Positions 25,601-37,600 of a stretch of DNA of 64,000 bases are shown here, in pieces. The translations under genes and the position numbers were made by a program. Numbering within the stretch: position 1 is the stretch's first letter; each line of letters opens with the position of its first letter. A model generated the notes under the pieces. The model was not told the DNA's origin. It did no database searches and saw only the letters and a list, made by a program, of their open reading frames with translations. The stretch comes from Nageia nagi (Eukaryota > Plantae > Pinophyta): contig JBITNC010000001.1 in NCBI GenBank assembly GCA_050084985.1, forward strand, positions 1,922,001 through 1,986,000. Direction: 5' to 3'.

Positions 25601-28600
25601 GTCAATAGTTCACCTCGAAGTCATCCATAAGCCTTCTAATCCAACGTTGGGCATCTGGAAGGGCCCAACGACTTAATGCACCATTATGATGTCTTGGAAT
25701 GCCAAAGCGGGGTTCCTAGAAGCCCAATAAGCCAATGTTGAGGTGTGGGGCCCTCTTTGAGGTGGCACAAGCATGATGACCATCCTGGAACACTAGGACT
25801 CGTTGGGATTCCCACAACTCGGGATCTCCAACCTACAACACACTAACATGACTACTTAAGAGAGATGTCCCGCTAGGGGCTCACAAGTGGGGTCCACATG
25901 ACCCAGTATGTCTCTTGTCTTAAGCTACAAACATGAACATAACCACCCGCAAAGGATATCTCTAAGATATCTGCTTGACAAATACAATTTAGCACTATAG
26001 TACAAAAGGGATATCACAAAGCCTCCCTCCTAAGATTTCTTGTCCCCAAGCAATAATGGAAGACCACAGCATATTTTCTTCCAAGAATCCATTGATGATG
26101 ATATTCCATCATCACCAAGCTGAGGGTATTCATTCAAGAAGTAGACAGTACTGGAACTCTAACAATGATGATGGAGTACCTGCAACCATTGAAACCAAAG
26201 TGAGAAGAAACCAATGGAGCTCATGCTCCCTATGTGTACCCAATCTCCACTCCATACCAACTCAACTCTCCTAGTAGTCATCAACACATATTGGAGCTTC
26301 CTCACTCTCAACGTCATTAGCCAAATTGTCCCCTGACTCAACAACAACCAAACTCCTCCTCCCACATGCATGGAGAAATGAGTGAGCCTTCCCAAGCTCC
26401 AACCCTCACTCCAATCATCCGTCTAGCTCAAAGTGAGGTGCACCTCATCCAAATAGTTCCTCGTACTCAACCAAGCTTCCCTGCACCACAGCGTGGCATG
26501 ACTAGCCTCCTTATAGCTCAACGTTGGCAGACAAACTCCCAAAATGATTGATGTGGGATCTCCTACCATTGGTTTGGCCAACATGGGTTCTCCTGTCTCC
26601 AGCATGGCTAACGTGGGGTCTCCAACTCCTCTACAACCCCTTATGGCAATATGGTCTTCCAAGTGTCCAACGTTGGCAAAGAAGTCTCCAATGTGCATAA
26701 CATAGAGAATTCAGCTCCTTCATGGCCCTTCATAACCCCTCTCAGCTTCTCTGAATGTTGTGTGATCCCTTCCTCAACTTCTTCCTTTTCTTGGCACCAC
26801 TGAATCACCTCCAACCTCTTACTGTCCACTTGAGGGCAATCATCCCTAATCCCTTGCAACGTGTGAGTCTTTCCATCAATCTCAAAGCTCACGGTGAGCT
26901 TTTGGTAATTCGTGTGGATATCTCCAAGATCGAATAACCACTGCACACCTAGGGTAATGTGTGGATGACCTTTGAGTGGGTATAGATAAAAGTCCTCCTG
27001 TACCACACAACTCTGCAGTCTCACACCAAACCGCTCTATAATATGATCCACCAAAGTGAGCTCTCCATTGGCATTGGAAACTCTAAACCCTCAAACACCT
27101 TGGCCCTCATCCCCTTTTTCTCCACAAAGCCACCATCTATGAAGTTGTGCAAAGCACCTAGATCGAACAAGACCATGATATGTTGGCCTCCTGCTTGTCC
27201 AATTACCTTCAATGTCAGATACTTCTTCACCCCATGCAAAGAAGCGATCATGCTCCCAAGTGTGCCTGCCACTCTAGGTGATCCTAGACCACCTGTATCA
27301 GCTCCTATCTCAAGATCTGAATCCGACTAACCTCCTGAGAGCACTTCTATGTAATGAGCCTGCCCTTTTCCCACGCAGCAGTGACACAACTCCCAAAACT
27401 TCTTGCAAAAGAAGCACTTACCCTCATCCCTCAGCTTCCTCCAAGTGGCTGAATCCAATTGTTCTGGCTTGGGTGGAGATGCTACCTTGGCCTTGCTAGG
27501 CCCTTCTAAAAATGGCTTCCAGCTAATGAACCCCTTGGATCCCGATCCCCCCTTGTGGGACTTCACAGTGGGCTCCAAGTCACAGGCTTCCCAGATAGTG
27601 TCGTCTAGGCTCTTCTAATCCCTCAATGAAAATGAAAACCAGCTGCTCCTTAGGCAAGTGATGAGTCATGATAGCCAACTGTTGGAACTTCATCACAAAC
27701 TCATCCACACTCCCTAACTGCCTCAGTGTAGTAAGATCCCGGAAGTAATCATCCTCCCTCTTTCAGTCAAACCTCTTCGCCGCCCTCCTGATGAACTCAT
27801 CAAAGGTGGTGATGAGTGAGTATCCCTAACTCACTATCCTAGGCCGCCACCACTCTAGCACATCTCCCTCCAAGTGTAGTGATGTGAAATGCACTACATC
27901 CTCCTCAACCATGCTAGGGATTATAGTGAAGTATGTTTGCAACTGGTGCAACCATGCCCTAGCCATCATTTTCACACCATCAAACATCAGGATCTACATC
28001 TTGTTGACTCGGTGCTGCATATCTCTCCTCTCATACCCTGCACTACTGACATGTCGCGGCCTATGTGAGCTTCCCCCCTTCAACACCAACAGCTCCAAAA
28101 AGTTGTTGAAGTTGACATCTTGCCTCAACCCTAGATCCATTTGTGAATACTCTCTGACCCACGTCCTCCTCCAGGTATCGCCCTAGGAGAGGGTATGTAC
28201 CTTGTTGCGCCCGATAGGAGTGAGATCTCACAAAATTGGGCTCCGGCTGTCCCAACGACCCATGGTGGGTGGATTCCTAATCTCTCAAGCTCCGAGATCT
28301 CCTCAGACTATGCTCCAAATCCTCTCGATCTTCTTCCCATGTGTCCTCACGGCCCTCCTGGACCAGACGTGGGGGCTCCCTGCCTCCTTTAGCCAGACAT
28401 GATGCATGTTGGCCATTTCTGGCCTACCATAAGTTGTCCTCATCTCGACCCCAACGTGGATGCTCCTCATCCCTCCTGGCCTGCCGTGGGGTTTTCCTTT
28501 CACCCCGATCTCACGTGCACCTCCTGGATCTCACCTAACTTGGCATTGTGGCTCCACTTCCACCTCAGAAACACCCCAATGCCGCTCAATTTGCCTCTGC

Positions 28601-31600
28601 ATGGCATACATGGCTATGGTCATATTATTAATAGTGGAGATCATTTCCTCAAATCTCCATTTCGGGGTGGAGCCCCAAACCGATGTTACATTCCACCTCC
28701 CTTCGGATCTCGACCTCTCCTCCAACATCTCACGAGCCTCCCTCTCACCCTTTAACGGCTCTGTCTCCTGCAGATATACCATCCATGGTCTCGGTACTTC
28801 CTCAGATCTCCATCTACCTCCTAACACCTCATGAGCCTCCCTCTCATCTTCAAACGACTTAGCTGTTTGGGGATCCATCATCCATGGTTGCCTATCCTCA
28901 TGCGCCCCCTCTCCGACGCTTCTCAATCAGCTGATCTTCCACTCTTCCTAGCGGATGCCATCTCCCTTTTGGCACTAGATCTAGTAAAATTTTTGTGGAT
29001 TCTGGGTTTCATACACAAGCTGCCCAGATCCAAGCTCTGATACCACTTGTAGTGTTCCAAATGCACACTTGTGCCAAACTTCAAACTTTAAATCCAACTA
29101 GGGTTTCTCAAGCCCTCACCTAGTCTCCCACGTTGAGCCCCTAAGGCTCTGGACACTTCTCAACCCCCACGTGGACCTTCTAGGGCCACCAAGCACTCTC
29201 AAGGCAGATGTTGGGCTTCCAAACCCTCCAATGCACCCTCACGCCTGACGTCAACCCTCTCAAGCTGTCATTTGCTCCCAACAACTCAAAAATGCATGCA
29301 ATAGTAGACTACAAGGCTAGCTCATTCACAAACATTGGAAAATCAACATAAACAAGCATACACATCCAATGCATGCACATACGAGACAGTTAAGCAATAT
29401 TCAATGAGATCCCAAAGCCTCCAGATATATATATTATTGTTGATGAGCAATACAAATCATACAATCAGCCAATAGGAAACTATAGGCTTCCCAAGCCAAT
29501 TCGAACGTACAATCACAATAACAAATCTATGGGACAAATTCACTCCTTCAACTTCCGTCTCCTCCCCACCGAAGGGGCTCTCCACCAATACTGGATATCC
29601 AACTAAATGGAAGGAACAAACCCTCGGATTCCACCGGATGGGCAAGGTGCTCCACCTATGCTATAGACAACTAGGATCCCTCAACCCAGTTGCCCTCTAG
29701 ACGCTTCACCTGGGAAAGATTACTTGGCACCGCCAAGTACAGACAAGAACCATGGGCAAAGAGTAGCAATAGCAATAACAATAATTCGTATATGTCCAAA
29801 TGAGCTCCCCTCGAGTATTTATAAGCTCTAGTCAATAGTTCACCTCGAAGTCATCCATAAGCCTTCTAATCCAACGTTGGGCATCTGGAGGGGCCCAACG
29901 ACTTAACGCACCATTATGATGTCCTAGAATGCCAATGCAGCAACATAAGGCTTAGTAATGCCAACATGGGGTTCCTAGAAGCCCAGTAAGCCAACGTTGA
30001 AGTGTGGGGCCCTCCCTGAGGTGGCGCAAGCATGATGACCATCGTGGAACACTGGGACCTGTTGGGATTCCCACAACTCGGGATCTCCAACCTACAACAC
30101 ACTAACATGACTACTTAAGAGAGAGATGTCCCGCTAGGGGCTCACAAGTGCGATCCACATGACCCAGTATGTCTCTTGTCTTAAGCTACAAACATGAACA
30201 TGACCACCCACAAGAGATATCTACTTGAAAAATACAATTTGGCACTATAGTACAAAAGGGATATCACAAGTAGCTCCCTCATAGCAAGCTCCCAATACTT
30301 CAAACTATTAAAATTGTAAAGGAAATAAAAAATCTCTATAAAAGCAACCTCTTTGAAAAGCAAGTTTTCATTTTTTAGTCTCCTGTAACTTTCCTAAATA
30401 ATGTTTATTGAATGTTTTACAGCAAATTTTCAGCAACTTGAAAGTCATGGGAACTAAACCAGAAATAAATCACTACTGTTGCCTTTTTTTAGAGTGGAAA
30501 TATCCATACCAACAACATATATAATTCTGAAGCACATTTATTAGTCATATACCTGGCTCTCCCACTGAGCAGCAACATTAGTCATACCTTCAATGCAACC
30601 GTAAGGTTTGCATTTTCCTGGAAAAGGCGCTCTATTTCCAAGGATTGAGCATCAATCTACAATTGCCACACTTGATATATAAGAAAAAAAACATGCATAG
30701 TTTTTGGCATATCTAGTTCAACTGAAATAAATATTCTTGTAATGGAATAAGGTTTCCTAACCTCAGCGAGGAGCTTTTGTCGTCCACTCTCTTGCCTTTC
30801 CACCATAAGTGCAAGATCACGAAGATGTTTATCATGCTTGCCCTTCTCTTGCTATCCATAAGCATTTCTTAGAAGTTAAAAAATGAAGTTCAAACAATAT
30901 GAATACTTTATTCATTAAAGAAAGCGATGAAAGCTGTATTACGGACTTGTGCATGGCAAGTATGACCGTCTCGTTTACAGATTAACACTTAAAGACAACA
31001 AACTGCTTATAGTACCAATATCTATACAACAAATTTCTGATGCCTTGCTACTCACAAGGCCACACTGCTGCCCGAACACTTGTAGGTTAACTATAGCCAG
31101 TCAATAACAATTTATAACAGAACAAGAACAATACTAAAATTGTCACTATTTTTACAGTAAATTCCTTACAACACTAATTTTTCAAGGCAAGAAATTACAA
31201 ATTGGCTGTTTCTTGTGTTCCATGCTTCGATTAGATTCTCTATTTTTAACATATTTTGAAATTAAAATTAAAATCAGACCCTCTTCTTTAAGTGTAATTT
31301 CTTTGGGGCTAATTCTTCATCTACATATTTTGAATTCCAAGCATGATAACTTGACCATAGTTTGGGAACTCCATGATCAATCACAGAACTCTATGATTAA
31401 TTGCTTTATTTGGCCATCATTCACCGAATTGAGTAAATCAAATAATCACCATAAAAATCCACAAAAATCGCATATTCAAGCGATTATTCGGCTGGCAAAT
31501 AATCCGCCATGTGGATCCCACACCAATTATTTAGCCTCATGGCCGATTATTTGGCCTGCGCAGGAAAAGAAACACAATGTACAAAAACACATTTCTCTTT

Positions 31601-34600
31601 TTCATTTTTCACATTCACACTTGCAAAACACAGCAGAGGAGAAAGAAAAAAGGTAGAGGAAAACAGATTTAGGACAGCATTTTCACTTCCAAGTTCCAAG
31701 ATTCTAAGGCAGCATTTCTTTATATGCATACCTCTTGAATCAATGTGAGTTTTTCTGTTTTGTGGCTTTGTTTTTCTTTGTTTAAACTACATTGTTCATC
31801 TTGTAGAGCTGTGTTGTTTTTGTCTGAACTACATTTTTCTTCTTGCAGGGCTGTGTTTTAATATTTTAGGGTTTTATTTCAGTTTTTCACTTTTTTGCCA
31901 TGTTTTCCTTTTTTACAGCCGAAATTTTCTTTTCTTACGGTTTTATTTTTGTTTTTCCGGGTTATATTTTGTAGTTTCCAGTTTCCACAAAGAAGATGAT
32001 AACTCAATATCAAGCTAGTGGCTAGGCAGCTCGAATGCAACTATTGTGGCAAGGTCATAAATGGGGATCAACAGCATAAAATACCATCTTGCCCATATTT
32101 CAAAAAAGGATGTGCAGATATGCCACAACATGCAACATAGGTAGTGCAAGAGATGAACGCCTAACTTGAAAATGTCTTTGAGAAGATAGAACAAAAACAA
32201 CGCCAAAAGACGGTGGCATTTTTGCCAAACCACCTTTTGTACCTAATTCCATTCATAGCAACATTAGGCCTAGGGTTCGTTGTAATTTTGAAATTGAATC
32301 TAAGTTACACACAAAATATGTTGCTAGTTCATTTTTTGTTCCTCATTGCAGTCCAGATGGCCAATAATCTCTTGAGGCAACCAACTGGAACAAGGAGATG
32401 CATGTAGAGGCAATAAAAGCAATGGCCAATTTTTGGCATTTTTGCAACATTTCATTAATATTGCAAACTCACCATACTACAATGCTATGGTGAACGCTTC
32501 GATAGTTTGTGCTGCAAGGTTCAAACCCCCATCATCTTATGAGTATAGAGGACTCTTCTTACCCAACATGTAGAGAACCCCTTCTTACTCCAAGAATTGT
32601 ACTATTATGTTTGATGGGTGGACGAATGAAAAAGGTTGGGCTCAACATGGGCCATTGTATTTCTAAAAGCAGTAGATGCTTCAGACAAAATAAAAACAGG
32701 AAAAACATTGTTCGCCTTATTTGAGAAGACAGTATTGGAGGTTGAGCAACAAAATGTGGTTCAAGTTAGCACCAACAATGCAGCAGCATGTGGTAGCAAA
32801 GAAACTTCTTGAAAAGAGGCTTCTTGCTAATTTTTGGATTTCTTGCATAGCCCATTGCATTGATCTTATATTGGAGAACATAAGAAAAATAACTTGGGTT
32901 AAAAAAGTGGTGAAATATGCAAAAAACTAAGAAAATTCATCTACAATAATTTCAATGTTTTTAGCTTGATGAGGCAGCATACAGATGGGAGGGAGATTGT
33001 TCGCCCTATTGTCACACAGTTTACCACCAACTTCCTTAGTTTGTAGAGCCTTCTTTCCAAAAAGGTAACATTAAGAAAGATGTTTGTTTGCCAAGAATGG
33101 ACAAAACCTGATTTTTGTAATATAGATGACTCCCTCCTTGTTACAAACATAGCTTTTGATGCAGTTTGGAAGAATTTGCATGAAGTCATTGGTTAAAAGT
33201 GGTTGACGATTTCAATTTTTTTAATCTTTTTTTGTAACTCAAGCTTTTCATTTATATATATATATATATATTTGAATCTACAAACAAATCACCAATGGGT
33301 TTGTATCAAGCCATGGGCAAGGCCAAAGAAGCAATTGCAGGGCATTATAAAAATCAATCAAAGTATCGTCCCTTTTGGGAATTGACTGACGGTAATAGTC
33401 AAATCAACTTCATAAGCCCATTCATGCAACAAGCCCTTCTTTAAATCTTAATATATTTTTATGATGAGACATTTGTGGCCAATGATGTTCTTAATAGCCT
33501 TCATATTTGGCTTGAGAGAATGGTCTGAGATGAGTAAAAAATGGATCAACTACAAGAAGAGTTGTAGATCTGGAAGAATGCAAAGCATTATCTTCTCTCA
33601 AGTGCACTTTACATTAGGTCCCATGCAACTAAAGATCCAAGTAACATTTATTTAATATTTTATTATTGTTTTAAGTTTTGTAAAAAAATAAATTATTTTT
33701 AATTTAGTACTTTTTTTGGTTTATTTTCAATTGTATGGTAGGAGTCCTATGGCACAAAAATGTCTCTTCTCCAACAAATTGCAATCTGAATTTTGTCCCA
33801 AACTTGCAACTCTATTGGATGTGAACACGATTGGATTATGTTTGAGCACATACACTCCAAAAAGCACAAGAAGTTGGCTCGAGAATAGATGAATAATTTT
33901 ATGTATGTGCATTACTATTTCATACTTTGTCATAAACAAATAGATGGAGCCAATCATAATGTGATCAATTTATCTGAGATTGATCCCTCTTCTAAATGGC
34001 TCACAAAACTTGAAAGTGAAACTTGGCAATGAGGAGAATTGAATTTTGGGGAAAATGATTGGGAACTCAGTGAGAGCCAGATAAAACATGACCTTGGAAC
34101 CATTGAAGATACAATAGTGATGGCACAAACAACAACAACAAAACAGGATAAGGGAAAAAGAGGGCACATCATTGATGTACTTGAAATAAACAATTTGCTA
34201 TGTACTTTGACCATAGTTTACAAATTCGCCGAATAAATGCCAAATTCACCAAATTTGGCAAATTTCATCATTAAAAAACGCCAAATATGTCATAAAGGGG
34301 CCATTTTTACGTCAAAAATATGCCAAATTCATCTAACAACACAGGTATGACTGATCAAAGGATGGAATGTGCATGTGTGAAAATTTTGCATTTCAATGCC
34401 AAAAATTTCCAAAAAAAACACCTAAAAATGTGTGTTTTTCATGACTAGTTCGTGTCCCGCTGAACTTGGCTTTTTGGCAAATAAACGGTCAAAAAAAAGG
34501 GCCAAAAATGCCAAATTCATCGTGAATTTGCGGAATGACAAGGCTAGATCAGGGAAAAAATTGCCGGTTAGCTGAATTTGATGATTTTTTTCGGAAAAAA

Positions 34601-37600
34601 ATGTCGTTTAAACGAGAAGATGCAAAAATCATCATAAATTCGCTGTGTGACAAGACCAACATTGGAGAAAGGGAAAGGGTCTTCAAAAGTGACTTTTACT
34701 TGCATCATTTGGATCATTTCTTGTTCGCAAGCTTGGAAGAAGCAGAGGGGAGCATTGTTGTGACTTAGAGGCCTACAATCACATTGTTGAAGACTGCATT
34801 TAAAATTGGAAAACTTTGAGTGGATCATTTGTGACTCCATTTTAGATTTTCCACCATGAAAGAAGATTGTTGGAATTTAATTTCTTCATTTTCAAGATGC
34901 CTAAGGAGTTGGATAAATTTTGGCAGTATATCACACCATTGAAGGGGGTTGCAGGTAGTTCAACATATCTCAAATGTAACCCTTGTGAAAAGGAATTCCG
35001 GGGAACAATTACAAGGTTCAAAAGGCATATTTCTCGTATACCAAGGAAATATGTGGAATGTTGCCTAGTTGAAAGTCCAGATCTTACATTGGAGGCAATT
35101 AGAGCCATAGATTATATAGCAGAGAAAAGTAGGAGACAAGCAATTTGAATGGAGCTAGGGATGAGTTCTTCTACAAGTGTAAATGCAAGTGTGTAAAGAT
35201 TCAATTATAAACTCAAGTGCAAATTAGCATATTCAACCAAGTAAACCCCAACGTCTGGTCTAGGGCATCCAAATTATGCATACACAACACAAACTAGCCA
35301 ACATCTGGCAAAGACTAACCAATATCAATTATTACAAGTTCACAATGCCAACATATGAATCACACATGCATGAATGAGTAATCAAACCACAACGTTGCAA
35401 TAATGGACAAGTGTACAATATAACATGAGATACGAATGCTCAATAGTTGTATGTATGATAATCAATGAACAACAATACAATACCAAGCTCCCAAAGCTAG
35501 ACATTGGCCTCCAAGGAGCCAACTAGGGCACAAGTCACAACAAATATCCTCAAGTTGGACGAACGAATGGGATAGTCTTGCTACCTTAGAACCCGATTCT
35601 TTTCTATCGAAGGAGCCCTCCTTTGATCTTATGAACCACTAAAGGTAGAAGCACAACCTTGGAATACCACCAGATGGGCAAGGGTGCTACACTAGTGTCG
35701 TAGACTAACAAGATCCCTCAGCCTACTAATCCTCCTAGATGTTGCAACTAGGGGTTTGCTTAGCATGGCACTAAGTCTCTTGTCCTTTGGACAATATGTA
35801 TAATAATAATAATCAAGTATATCCAACTATGAGGCTTTAACGCCTTATATAACACTTTACTGGATCTGGATCTCACTTAGGAGTCATCACCCTGCTCCTT
35901 TACTCCAACGTTAGCCTCCTAAGGGTCCAAAATGTCCAATGTGGGTGCCTAGGGGAAGGCATGCCCAACGTGGGTATCCCAGAGCCATAAATGCCAATGT
36001 GGGGGTTTGGAGTGCCATGCATGCATAACGTAGGTCTAAGAGCCATGTGTAGGGGCTAGGTGTCATTATGGGCCAACGTGGGGGTCTACGAGTCTCCCCA
36101 AGGTTGATGCATGTATACAAGTGCTCATCCATCCATCTAAGTGCTAAACAGACTTTGGGATTCCCACAATCATGATCGGGATCTCCAAGTACAATAAAAC
36201 TCCTAATCTATGCTTGGGAGGGAGACATCCCACTTGGGGCCCACAGTGGGGTCCATTGACCCGTTAAGTCTTGTATCCCAAGTCCTAACTTAAAGCACAA
36301 TAACAATAATAAAATATAATACAAAGGGGAATCCGTTGGATTCCATATTTAATTATAAATGTGCAAGGGGGACGTCACAAAGCCTCCCCTCTTGAATTGC
36401 TTGCCCTCGAGCAATGGTGGAAGGCTGTAGCATATTGTCTTCCAAGAATCCTTCAACCTTGTAGATTGCAATCTATCATGGAGGAATGCAACTTCAATAT
36501 CTCCTTTCCATGATGAAGGTCTTGTATGAACTATTGAATCTGTATCCTTATGCATCAATAATGCATGCAAAAGCTCCGATATGTTGCAACTATCACTCCT
36601 CTTCAATTGTTTTATGGTTGTCCTCAGAAAACAAGGGAGTGTATGGAAGCCTCTGGGGGGATGTACCTACAAGAACCTCAAGTAAATTATAGGCAAGTGA
36701 AAACAGATGGAGCCTTTGCTCCATGTATGAGGCCAAGCCCCCTCAAATCCTAACATGGAGTCCCAAACTCCCTCAACTGCTAGGGTGAAGCAAGAAACCT
36801 CCTCATTCTCCAACGTGGGGTACCAAACTGCTCTCTAGCCCAGTGTCAAGTGCACAGACCTTCCCAAGTCCAACATGGGGAGCCAACACTCCCTTAATCC
36901 AATCGTTGGGTACCCAAGCCCCTCCAGACCAAATGTGGGGTGTCCCAACCTCTCCATCTCACCGTTATGCACAAACATCCCTCAACCACCCATGTGAGGT
37001 GTAGCAACCCCTCTGAGTCCAACATGGAGTAACAGAGCTCCTTCAAGCTCAACGTCCCACTTCCTATCTTCACAGTGCTCCACGCGGGGGGTAGAAGCTC
37101 CCCATGTCCAACGTTAAGTTGCAAACCTCCCTGAAGCTCAAAGCTAGATGACAAGCCTCCTTGAGGCCCAACGTGGGCAATAGAAACTCCTCAAGGTCCC
37201 ACATGAGCTGTCCAGCCTCTTCAAGACCTAATGTGAGGTGCAAAATACCCTCCAAACTCAACGTGCCATGTCTGACCTCCCCAAGCTTCAATGTGGTGAA
37301 CAAGAGGTCCCTCAAACTCCACATCCCGTTCCCAAGCTCCTTAATGTGCAACATGGGATATAGGGGCTCCTTGTTGCTCTTCTCCTCATGCCACAACCTC
37401 TCCATGTCCAATGTGGCCCCATTTTCAGCTTCCTTTTTCTGCTAGCACCACTCAATCACCTCCATCCGCTTGTTATCTACTTGTGGACAATCATCACAAA
37501 TTCCTTGCAGCGTATGGGTCTTCCCATTGATCTCAAAACTCATAGTGAGTTTCTGGTAGTTGGTGTGGTTGTCACCCAACTCGAACAGCCATTGCACTGC

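Noticed and set aside
25227-29645. Paired ORFs MPIQWN.. and MPIRWN..
   Set aside because: They are the same segment of the two Gypsy LTRs, not paralogous genes.
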